Source of the DNA: a virus
Direction: 5' to 3' (one strand)
Length of the DNA: 29,302 nt
UHGV virus genome: UHGV-0110803
Shown here piece after piece: positions 17,622 through 24,511 of this stretch. Position 1 is the stretch's first letter, and every line of letters starts with the position of its first letter. The position numbers were made by a program, and so were the translations under genes. Below the pieces are notes generated by a model. The model had not been told where the DNA came from. It was given only the letters and a program-made list of their open reading frames with translations, and ran no database searches.

Positions 17622-17959
17622 ACTATTAATTTCGTTTCATGCCAGCCTTTAGTCACCCAGCATTGCGAGTCACCATTACACGGGCATGAATTCACAGGAA
17701 CTCTCTCGCCGCACTTACCGCAACGTTTTCTGCTGATCGATTTTATACGCCCGCGCACGCGTGCATCATCCTGGCGGATCAGTAACGCTATATACTCACC
17801 AAATTCGTAAGGCGCACGCCCGGGGCGACGTGTGGCACAGTTACGCTCCAGCATTTCAATTTCCTGAGCATCAAGCACAATCTCCAGCTTACGCACACCA
17901 GATGCAGCTTGTCTGGCTCTCTGAGCGGCTTTGCGCTCTGCTGCTGATTTAGCCATCAA
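17618..17959 (-). CDS. Hypothetical protein with basic N-terminus and Cys-rich C-terminus (113 aa)
   Basis: C-terminal CGKCG ... CPCNG ... C cluster suggests a zinc-ribbon; no family assigned. Confidence 0.45.
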   Translation of the reverse strand: MMAKSAAERKAAQRARQAASGVRKLEIVLDAQEIEMLERNCATRRPGRAPYEFGEYIALLIRQDDARVRGRIKSISRKRCGKCGERVPVNSCPCNGDSQCWVTKGWHETKLIV

Positions 17960-18230
17960 TATTTACCTTTATCGCGAACACCTTTACCGGTTTATCACCG
18001 AAGTGCGGATGTGTGATTGTCTTGATTTCATATCCGTCATACGGGACGTCAATTCTGCGGCAGGAATCGTCGCGCTTCGGATATCCCTTTGTGATAATCA
18101 GGCGGTCATACTCCCGGAACATAATTCGCTTATTCCAGTAGTCATTACACAGGCGATACTCTTCCGTTTTCTCGCCTGACTTCATCTGGTCGAAATATTC
18201 ACCTTTGACGGCAAGTTGCAGGTTAGCCAC
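17949..18230 (-). CDS. ASCH/PUA-like domain protein (93 aa, GTG start)
   Basis: AGGAGG followed 6 nt later by GTG; N-terminal pattern KGEYFDQMKSGEKTEEYR resembles ASCH-type domains (from memory). Confidence 0.5.
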   Translation of the reverse strand: MANLQLAVKGEYFDQMKSGEKTEEYRLCNDYWNKRIMFREYDRLIITKGYPKRDDSCRRIDVPYDGYEIKTITHPHFGDKPVKVFAIKVNIDG

Positions 18231-18795
18231 GGTTAACCTCCTGCGGCGGTTCTGGTAGTGGCATCCAGTGTGACGGCTCACATACCCCCTCAACACCATT
18301 CATGTAAAAGAATTGAAATAACCCTTTACCTTTGTGAAACCCTACCATCTGCTCTTTTGTGTCTGAGCAATAAACCAAAACATCTTCTTCGTTTGGCATT
18401 CGCTCACTACAGCTTATCCAGCCATCCTGAGTTACCGGAGAGTTGCCAGACAGCGCGTTCTGCAACCGCTCCAGCTTCACATATTCCTGAACCCTGTTTC
18501 CGTCACATGACTGAAGCCATTGCGCAGCCTTTTTCGCATCAGTATGAAAGGCACAAGTGCGTCCATCCTCAAATTGCATTTCGTAAAGGTCAGCAACCTG
18601 TTCAAAGTGCGTTTGTGGCAAGTTGTAAGTTTGGCTTACAGGTTCTGCACTATCAGCTTCGCGCCGCTTCTGTAGCTCTGCTGCCATCACTCTCACGACT
18701 TCAACTGGTGCCCTTGCAGCAAACTCCATGTTGGTGATCAGCTCATTAAGATATTGATCGCTGGGATACTGTTTCTTATCGGTTATAGTGGTCAT
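18223..18795 (-). CDS. DUF551-type phage protein (190 aa from the MTTIT start)
   Basis: C-terminal motif GWISCSERMPNEEDVLVY ... HWMPLPEPPQ matches the DUF551 pattern; GGAG RBS before the internal ATG. Confidence 0.6.
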   Translation of the reverse strand: MTTITDKKQYPSDQYLNELITNMEFAARAPVEVVRVMAAELQKRREADSAEPVSQTYNLPQTHFEQVADLYEMQFEDGRTCAFHTDAKKAAQWLQSCDGNRVQEYVKLERLQNALSGNSPVTQDGWISCSERMPNEEDVLVYCSDTKEQMVGFHKGKGLFQFFYMNGVEGVCEPSHWMPLPEPPQEVNRG

Positions 18796-18796
18796 A

Positions 18797-19186
18797 TCAC
18801 TCTCCTTTTCCCTGAAGCATAGCGGCACGGCAGGCGTTCCAGCCTCTCACCTCTGCAATAGCAGCAACAGCATCAACCGCGTACATGCTAAGAGGATTAG
18901 GCATTGGTTTTTCTTCCGGTACTACTGGAACGGGTGGAGCGGCGTAGACCTCAATAATTCCATTATCAATAGGCCACTCCCCATCCTTGATGTAGTCACT
19001 TGTGCCGTCAACTTGCTGTTCTGCAATGTGAAATGCACCTATTGGTTTTGCTTCCAGCGATACCAGTGCAATACGAAACACATTGGCAAGCAGGCTGTTT
19101 GAAGATTGGTTATCGTGCGCCGGGTCGCTCAGGAAACCAGTGATGAATGATTTAATTTCCGCGTTTTCTCTGGTAATAGTGGTCAT
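18797..19186 (-). CDS. Hypothetical protein (129 aa), N-terminus MTTIT
   Basis: Coupled to neighbouring genes; shares the first five residues and start-region DNA with the next gene. Confidence 0.4.
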   Translation of the reverse strand: MTTITRENAEIKSFITGFLSDPAHDNQSSNSLLANVFRIALVSLEAKPIGAFHIAEQQVDGTSDYIKDGEWPIDNGIIEVYAAPPVPVVPEEKPMPNPLSMYAVDAVAAIAEVRGWNACRAAMLQGKGE

Positions 19187-19548
19187 GCCGTAGCCCCTTC
19201 TTGATATTTTTCAAACCAGAACACAATCGGGTCAGATTTCATTTCAACCAATCCCATACGAACCAGCGCTTTGCCTTTCCCGGACGCAAGGAATTCACGA
19301 CGACCATCACTGATAATTCGCCGATAATCTTCCAGGCTGCTGCAATGCTTGTGCAGATTGCATGGGTGGCATGCCGGAACCATGTTGGATATATCGTCAC
19401 GTTCCTGGTGAAGCATATTTCCAGCAAAACGAATGACCGGTTTTACATGGTCTGCATGCCACTTTTCGCCAAGTTCGCAGCCGCAATAAGCACAGCGACC
19501 GCCGAACTTCATGCGCAGCTCTGCACGTTGTTTTTTCGTCAGTGCCAT
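19183..19548 (-). CDS. HNH endonuclease (121 aa)
   Basis: CAYCG ... HADHVKP ... ACHPCN motif. Confidence 0.8.
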   Translation of the reverse strand: MALTKKQRAELRMKFGGRCAYCGCELGEKWHADHVKPVIRFAGNMLHQERDDISNMVPACHPCNLHKHCSSLEDYRRIISDGRREFLASGKGKALVRMGLVEMKSDPIVFWFEKYQEGATA

Positions 19549-19549
19549 A

Positions 19550-19948
19550 TCACTCTCCTTTGATGCGAATGCCAGCGACGCGTAGTGCGTGTTCTAAGTC
19601 AATCAGGCAAAGCCAACTGCCATTTTCTTTAGGTATCATGACATGCCGCTTATTAGCATTTATTGGGTGCCCATATCGAAGGTCGTAGCGAGTCGGTAAT
19701 TGAACTTCCCTCGCTTCCAGTTCTGTAATGCGTTTGTTTTTAGCTTCTAGTTCATCCAGTAGCGCCAGCACGCTTTCTGGTCCGGCCAGAATTTTGAAGG
19801 CATTGAGCGCATCAATATCAACACCGCTATCTTTAAGTTCCTGCTCGCTTATCAGATCATCATCAACTGGCAACATTAACAGGCGTTCCATTGCCGGAAT
19901 TGCACGCTCTGCCGCCTCACGCAGTGCCTGATAGTTAATTTTGGTCAT
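19550..19948 (-). CDS. Ead/Ea22-like protein (132 aa)
   Basis: N-terminus MTKINYQALREAAERA typical of Ead/Ea22-like phage proteins (from memory). Confidence 0.5.
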   Translation of the reverse strand: MTKINYQALREAAERAIPAMERLLMLPVDDDLISEQELKDSGVDIDALNAFKILAGPESVLALLDELEAKNKRITELEAREVQLPTRYDLRYGHPINANKRHVMIPKENGSWLCLIDLEHALRVAGIRIKGE

Positions 19949-19949
19949 A

Positions 19950-20249
19950 TCACATCACCCTGAATCCGTTGCATTTACGTAAAAAATCGCAGATATAGCC
20001 CTTCATTTTTTCGTGCCAATCTCGATCATTCCCATTGCACCAACCATCAGGTGGAGTCCAGTTTTCTATCAGAGCAGCCATTTTCTTTGCTTTTGCAGGA
20101 GTAGCTGTTGCGGTATCGCAGTAATGACGAGTGTCGATCAACGTATCCATACCATCGATATCAAGTACGCAAAACCATGTGTGATTCGGCATTTCAACAG
20201 ATGGTATTTGTTGCCCACGTCGACGTTTATCAATAAGACATACAGTCAC
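19950..20249 (-). CDS. Hypothetical protein (99 aa)
   Basis: ORF with 4-nt overlap to the upstream gene; no recognisable domain. Confidence 0.4.
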   Translation of the reverse strand: MTVCLIDKRRRGQQIPSVEMPNHTWFCVLDIDGMDTLIDTRHYCDTATATPAKAKKMAALIENWTPPDGWCNGNDRDWHEKMKGYICDFLRKCNGFRVM

Positions 20250-20746
20250 TTGTTGCCTCCTTCACGTAGCTCGGCGGCAAAAGCTACTGCGTGATCATGA
20301 TGTTCAAGTGTGTATGCACACTCCGCAAACATCTCCACGCCCTGCGCACGTACTTCAGCCAGAAAAGCATCGGTGGCTGGAGTTTCGCTGTGGTGTAGGG
20401 CATCGTTGATAATCATTGCAGCAACACCAGCCTGCCCTGCATCCGTGACCGACACATGCTCAAGAGTTACAGCCATTGCATGTTTCAGCCCAGCATTCTC
20501 CGCCGCCAGCGCTGAAAACTTCTCGTGTGCCAACTTAACAGCCGAATCAGCCTGCTTAATTGACTCAATCGCTTTCTGGTGGTCTTCGGCCAGCGCATTA
20601 GCACGCACCAGTTGCACTTCCAGTTGCGTTGCCAAATCGCTGATCAGCTTTGCCACACTGCGCATATCAACGGCACCACATTCTGCTTTCAGTTCCGAAG
20701 CCATCTCATGCCCGGCGGAAACTAACCCTTTGATATTACTTTCCAT
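20246..20746 (-). CDS. Hypothetical protein (166 aa), Ala-rich and helical
   Basis: GAGGG RBS; no recognisable domain. Confidence 0.45.
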   Translation of the reverse strand: MESNIKGLVSAGHEMASELKAECGAVDMRSVAKLISDLATQLEVQLVRANALAEDHQKAIESIKQADSAVKLAHEKFSALAAENAGLKHAMAVTLEHVSVTDAGQAGVAAMIINDALHHSETPATDAFLAEVRAQGVEMFAECAYTLEHHDHAVAFAAELREGGNK

Positions 20747-20807
20747 CTTTACCCTCGCTTATCCACATAACTTATTGATTACATTGATAACTAAAAAGAT
20801 CGTCGAT

Positions 20808-21152
20808 TCAGAACTCTTCGATGTTCCAGCCACCACCTGCTTTCTTTGGTTTAACCGTTACCCCGATGATTCGGAACGGATACTGATCTGCGGCGACTTT
20901 GGTTTTCACCCTGGCGTCGTCGGTCCAGAAACCTTTCACTTCGTGCAGTTCCATCTCGCCGGTGGCGAGCATCACAGCAAAATCGGGCGTATAGAACGTG
21001 TTGTCAGCTAACCGCAGCTTGATACCCTCAAATCGATACCAGACGATTTCTCCTGCACGTTTACGCAGCTCAAGGTGCTGGCAATACGCAGATTCTGTTT
21101 TGTTCATCTGGCCTGTTTTGAGTCGACCAAGAGCCTGTATCTGTTTTCTCAT
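20808..21152 (-). CDS. DUF1064-like small PD-(D/E)xK-type protein (114 aa)
   Basis: Pattern YTPDFAV ... ELHEVKG; its RBS GAGGT lies inside the palindrome at 21156-21170. Confidence 0.5.
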   Translation of the reverse strand: MRKQIQALGRLKTGQMNKTESAYCQHLELRKRAGEIVWYRFEGIKLRLADNTFYTPDFAVMLATGEMELHEVKGFWTDDARVKTKVAADQYPFRIIGVTVKPKKAGGGWNIEEF

Positions 21153-21155
21153 GAT

Positions 21156-21232
21156 TTACCTCTTAGGTAATTAAAAACCACATAAGACACGAAATCAATA
21201 GAGTTTAGAATATTTTGTTACCTGATAGGTAA
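21156..21232 (-). promoter_or_regulatory. Minus-strand promoter with two perfect palindromes: TTACCTGATAGGTAA (21218-21232), -35 TTGATT, 17-bp spacer, -10 TTTAAT fused to TTACCTCTTAGGTAA (21156-21170)
   Basis: Same geometry as the pL-like promoter: site, 19 bp, -35, 17 bp, -10 sharing one base with the second site; 62 bp centre to centre. Confidence 0.55.
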
Positions 21233-21244
21233 TCATTGAGGCGT

Positions 21245-21264
21245 AAAAAAATGCGCTATCGCGC
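21245..21264 (-). terminator. Weak intrinsic terminator after the P-like gene (GCGC-GATA-GCGC then TTTTTTT on the minus strand)
   Basis: Short GC stem plus 7-U tract directly after the stop codon. Confidence 0.35.
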
Positions 21265-21269
21265 TGGTA

Positions 21270-22070
21270 TTACTTGATAAATCCTGCCGCCTTTCCCCGC
21301 CTGTATTCCTCCATCAGCCACTGCGCCGGTGTTATTCCCCCAAGGGTGGCGGCGTTAGGCATGCACCCGAAACTTCGCCCTGGTGGATGGTAAACGTCTC
21401 TCCCTGTGTCCGGAGGTGTACTCATGGGCTCTCGCTTTGCCTGTATGCTGATCACCGGATCGGGTATCTGCTGTCCGGAAGCTACCTTTTTCGCCCAATC
21501 ATCGAGCAGCCTGCGCGCGTGTTTCTCAACCTCAATCTCGCTAAGCTGGCGCTGATACATTGCACGGCGGGTATCACATACGACCCAGTACATAACCGGA
21601 TGTCGCCACGGGAATCTTTCGGGACCACCAGGATATAAACTTTTTTCCTTGCTGTACCGGTGAAACTCCGCCATCACATCGTCAATGGTGACGCCAAGAA
21701 CCATCTTGCTGTCTTTACACCACTTGATGAATTGCCCTGGCGACGGCCAGAACGGAGACTCACTGGCGCGGGCGTGGCGCATACCAGCAGAAACCTGTTC
21801 ACGGGTTCGGATCCCCCCTTCGGCAAACGCAGCAATCCACTGCTGTTTTGCAGCAACTTCCTGCTCTGGCGTCTTCAGGTTGGTTACCACTGCCGCCGGA
21901 AACAGTTGTTTCAGCTGTTTGAAAAGGGCATCAACAAGCCTCTCTGCTGACATGTTCACCACGTTGTCATTGTTGGTGTACTGATGCTCATAACCTGACA
22001 TGCGAGAAAGGGCTTCTCCGTCACGGTTTTGTATCGCGGTAAAAACGTTGTTCACAAGAAATCCTCCCAT
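21270..22070 (-). CDS. Replication protein P-like (helicase loader), 266 aa
   Basis: Segment QQWIAAFAEGGIRTREQVSAGMRHARASESPFWPSPGQFIKWCKD closely parallels lambda P (recalled, not searched). Confidence 0.75.
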   Translation of the reverse strand: MGGFLVNNVFTAIQNRDGEALSRMSGYEHQYTNNDNVVNMSAERLVDALFKQLKQLFPAAVVTNLKTPEQEVAAKQQWIAAFAEGGIRTREQVSAGMRHARASESPFWPSPGQFIKWCKDSKMVLGVTIDDVMAEFHRYSKEKSLYPGGPERFPWRHPVMYWVVCDTRRAMYQRQLSEIEVEKHARRLLDDWAKKVASGQQIPDPVISIQAKREPMSTPPDTGRDVYHPPGRSFGCMPNAATLGGITPAQWLMEEYRRGKAAGFIK

Positions 22071-22867
22071 GCTTCAGGGCTGTTCCAGTGCGGAACGTTG
22101 TTATCAGGTAATGTTGATTGCTTCTGTCTGCTAATCTGCAGCCTCCTTGCCAGCTTCTGCTCCCACTGTGCCTGATGGTATGCCTTACCCTCAGCCATCC
22201 AGTAAATTCTGAACTCTGCAAGTTCCTGTGCCGTTGGCAGACTGTCCAGGTAGATCCCCTGCAATGAGCTTTTCCGAAGAAAGTCATCTGATGGTTGCCA
22301 TTGTTCATGCATGACAAATTTGCCTAATTGCCCTGGCCCACCAGGAGGAACAAAGTTATTCATCACGGCGTTGTTTGCGCCGGGGTCATGAGACACAGAA
22401 TCCCCGTTTTTTGTCCTGCTCTCCCTCTCTTGGTTAAATGACTGGTTATATGACTGGTTCTGGATCCCGTTTTTGGGATCATTCAACATCCCGTTTTTGG
22501 GATCATTCAACATCCCGTTTTTGGGTATATTCCCGTTTTCGGTAAAATTACCGTTTTCGGGTTCATTACCCCCTTCCCGGTTGCCTTTAATGTTCCCGTT
22601 TTTGGTTATATTAAGAGAGAAAACCCGCACTCTTTTTGTCGCTCCCTTTCTCTCTCCGGTATCTGAAATAAGCCCCATTTTCATGAGCGATATAAGCCCG
22701 GCCTGCACGGTTTTTTTATTCAGGCAAGTGTCTTTAACGAGGCGTTCTATGCTGGGGTAGCAGAGGTTATATTCATCGGCTCTGTCAGCCATCGAGAGCA
22801 GTATGAGCTTTAATGATGAGCTACCTGGATCTGTCTCCCAGGCCCAATCTGTTGCATGTCTGCTCAT
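22052..22867 (-). CDS. Replication initiator, O-like (N-terminal winged-HTH, internal iteron-encoded repeats), 271 aa
   Basis: N-terminal HTH-type segment, internal peptide repeats encoded by the DNA iterons, 19-nt overlap with the P-like gene. Confidence 0.7.
   Translation of the reverse strand: MSRHATDWAWETDPGSSSLKLILLSMADRADEYNLCYPSIERLVKDTCLNKKTVQAGLISLMKMGLISDTGERKGATKRVRVFSLNITKNGNIKGNREGGNEPENGNFTENGNIPKNGMLNDPKNGMLNDPKNGIQNQSYNQSFNQERESRTKNGDSVSHDPGANNAVMNNFVPPGGPGQLGKFVMHEQWQPSDDFLRKSSLQGIYLDSLPTAQELAEFRIYWMAEGKAYHQAQWEQKLARRLQISRQKQSTLPDNNVPHWNSPEAWEDFL
22464..22612. repeat. Iteron array (putative replication origin) inside the O-like gene
   Basis: ATCCCGTTTTTGGGATCATTCAAC twice in perfect tandem followed by four degenerate CCCGTTTT(T/C)GG units; flanked by AGAGAGAAA/TTTCTCTCT inverted repeats. 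Confidence 0.65.
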
Positions 22868-22882
22868 GATTAATCTCCGCTA

Positions 22883-23083
22883 TCAGCTTGAGTGTTGTGG
22901 GGAGGAATTAATCATGATCTGCTTAATCTCTGCCCTGATGCGACGGTTTGATTCCATGGTGCACTCAACACAGTGTCCGTTGTAAACCCAGCGTTCACTG
23001 TCATGTCCGTGCTTACATGGTTTTCCGGTGTAGTAGCGTTTAAGTCCGCGCTTTGCGGCATCAATACGTGTAATGATTTCCAT
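22883..23083 (-). CDS. Small Cys/His-containing protein at the cII-equivalent position (66 aa from ATG)
   Basis: C-x-H-x-H ... C-x-x-C pattern; track ORF carries an implausible N-terminal extension. Confidence 0.4.
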   Translation of the reverse strand: MEIITRIDAAKRGLKRYYTGKPCKHGHDSERWVYNGHCVECTMESNRRIRAEIKQIMINSSPQHSS

Positions 23084-23163
23084 GGTAAGCCCTGTTATTA
23101 GTATTGGGATTACGGTTATTTTGTGCTGACACAAAAAAAAGATCAACCATATTTGGTTTTTTA

Positions 23164-23178
23164 TTACCTTTGAGGTAC
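23164..23178. promoter_or_regulatory. Operator-like palindrome TTACCTTTGAGGTAC (one mismatch) just downstream of the tR1-like terminator
   Basis: 14 of 15 bp identical to the site at 14122-14136. Confidence 0.45.
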
Positions 23179-23184
23179 GAATAG

Positions 23185-23212
23185 ATATGAAAAGACCGCC
23201 GGATGGCGGTCT
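23185..23212 (-). terminator. tR1-like intrinsic terminator after the Cro-like gene (AGACCGCC-ATCC-GGCGGTCT then TTTTC on the minus strand)
   Basis: 8-bp GC stem plus U-tract about 20 nt after the stop codon. Confidence 0.55.
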
Positions 23213-23233
23213 ACAGAGGGTTGTGGCTGGATA

Positions 23234-23464
23234 TCATGAGTAGAAGAAGTATGCCAGTTCTGCTTTTGAGCGCAGCCATTGTCTTGATTTACAGGCTTTA
23301 AAAAGCCCATCCATCAATACATTACCTGGCATTTTGCGCTTACCTGTTAAGTGAGTCTGGATATAGTGACTCGTCGTTCCGGCTTCCTGTGCGAAGGCTT
23401 CACGCTCATCCGGAGTAAGTGCAAGCCAGTGCTTTTTGAAATCGAAATGTCCGTTATCGCTCAT
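23234..23464 (-). CDS. Cro-like HTH regulator (76 aa)
   Basis: HTH-like segment AFAQEAGTTSHYIQTHLTGKRK; divergent from the repressor gene across an operator cluster. Confidence 0.55.
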   Translation of the reverse strand: MSDNGHFDFKKHWLALTPDEREAFAQEAGTTSHYIQTHLTGKRKMPGNVLMDGLFKACKSRQWLRSKAELAYFFYS

Positions 23465-23500
23465 AGCTATTGCCTGATATTTATTTCAGATAATAAATAT

Positions 23501-23563
23501 TCACCCATAAGGTAACAAAAATCAAGGATAGTTACCCATGAGGTGCATTTACCTGTTGGGTAA
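23501..23563. promoter_or_regulatory. Operator cluster of three TTACC-N5-GGTAA-type palindromes between the divergent regulator genes
   Basis: TCACCCATAAGGTAA (23501-23515), TTACCCATGAGGTGC (23532-23546), TTACCTGTTGGGTAA (23549-23563). Confidence 0.6.
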
Positions 23564-23618
23564 TATTGCTTTAAATTGAATCATCTACTGATTCATATAT
23601 GAGGCGATTTTCCAGAAA

Positions 23619-24203
23619 ATGAAAAGTATCCAGGACGTCCGCAGGCAAAATCTCAACGACTTGATCGACCGTGAATTCAATGGTGTTCAGACGCGGATGG
23701 CAGAAAAACTTGGAACTCAGGCAAATCTGGTAAACCGCTGGGCTCTTGGCAAGAAGGTTATCGGCGACCAGGTTGCGCGAAAAATTGAAGCTGCCGCCAA
23801 TAAACCACGTAACTGGCTTGATATCGATCGCTCGCTTTCTCAGGAAGGTTTTCAGCCTGTCGGCCCAAGCGACATTGGTCAGCTGGCGGCTCACAACCTG
23901 GAACGCTGGATGAGCGAAAGCCGCGACCTTTCAACTCAGGGAAAACTTCACCGCGCATCCGGCGTCGCCCAGGTGACAATCAGCCGCCTGTTAAACAATG
24001 AGGTCAGCGTTTCCATTTCCACCCTGGAGAATGTTGCATCCGCATTCGGGCGTCACGGCTATGAATTACTGATTCACCCGCACGACCCTGCGACCATCAA
24101 CTATGACCGCTCGCGCTACGCATTGTTACCCGAAACCGAGAAAGCAAAGATCGAAAGTTACATTGAATTTGTCATCAACCAGAACGAAAAAAACAAACAA
24201 TAA
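23619..24203 (+). CDS. Prophage repressor candidate with two HTH motifs and no peptidase domain (194 aa)
   Basis: Two XRE-type HTH segments (QTRMAEKLGTQANLVNRW and ASGVAQVTISRLLNN); no Ala-Gly/Ser-Lys autocleavage signature seen. Confidence 0.6.
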   Translation: MKSIQDVRRQNLNDLIDREFNGVQTRMAEKLGTQANLVNRWALGKKVIGDQVARKIEAAANKPRNWLDIDRSLSQEGFQPVGPSDIGQLAAHNLERWMSESRDLSTQGKLHRASGVAQVTISRLLNNEVSVSISTLENVASAFGRHGYELLIHPHDPATINYDRSRYALLPETEKAKIESYIEFVINQNEKNKQ

Positions 24204-24223
24204 AATCATACTTTTCAGTAAGT

Positions 24224-24250
24224 AAGCCGCCTTCTGGCGGCTTTTTTATT
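24224..24250 (+). terminator. Intrinsic terminator after the repressor gene (AAGCCGCC-TTCT-GGCGGCTT then TTTTATT)
   Basis: 8-bp stem plus T-tract. Confidence 0.65.
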
Positions 24251-24260
24251 GCCTATACTG

Positions 24261-24337
24261 TTACCTAATAGGTAATTTTCTTAACTCATATCTATTGACA
24301 TCAAACCAAATACGCATAATTATTACCTCAACGGTAA
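24261..24337 (+). promoter_or_regulatory. pL-like promoter: palindrome TTACCTAATAGGTAA (24261-24275), -35 TTGACA (24295-24300), 17-bp spacer, -10 AATTAT fused to TTACCTCAACGGTAA (24323-24337)
   Basis: Consensus -35; two perfect palindromes 62 bp apart centre to centre. Confidence 0.6.
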
Positions 24338-24356
24338 CAGACCGAGGTAACAAGTT

Positions 24357-24509
24357 ATGCAGTGGAAAATCATCAACGGTTGGTACTGCGTTACTGCATG
24401 CGGATTCATGAGTTGGAAGTTTCGCACCTTACAGGAAGGCATTAAGTGGGCTTTCGTCAGCAAAGAAGCTCGCGATGTGGCCAACGATAACGAGATATGG
24501 GAGGGCTGA
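24357..24509 (+). CDS. Small Trp-rich protein (50 aa), first gene of the pL-like operon; not in the ORF track
   Basis: GAGGT RBS 8 nt before the ATG; frame translated by hand to TGA at 24507-24509. Confidence 0.35.
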   Translation: MQWKIINGWYCVTACGFMSWKFRTLQEGIKWAFVSKEARDVANDNEIWEG

Positions 24510-24511
24510 TA

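Noticed and set aside
20759-20767. Perfect DnaA-box 9-mer TTATCCACA between the DUF1064-like and 166-aa genes
   Set aside because: A single 9-mer is expected by chance with appreciable probability in 29 kb on two strands; no cluster of boxes found
22464-22612. Tandem repeats considered as a possible CRISPR array
   Set aside because: The repeats are contiguous without spacers, degenerate, and lie inside a coding sequence where they encode peptide repeats; they fit origin iterons
16717-23146. N-terminal extensions of several track ORFs (16717-17391 from TTG, 22883-23146, 17388-17621 from GTG, 18223-18828)
   Set aside because: Internal ATG codons with proper Shine-Dalgarno spacing give more plausible starts; the extensions read through palindromes or upstream stops
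23084-23618. Search for a LexA box (CTGT-N8-ACAG) or antirepressor gene near the immunity switch
   Set aside because: No convincing match found by eye; absence cannot be proven without a matrix scan
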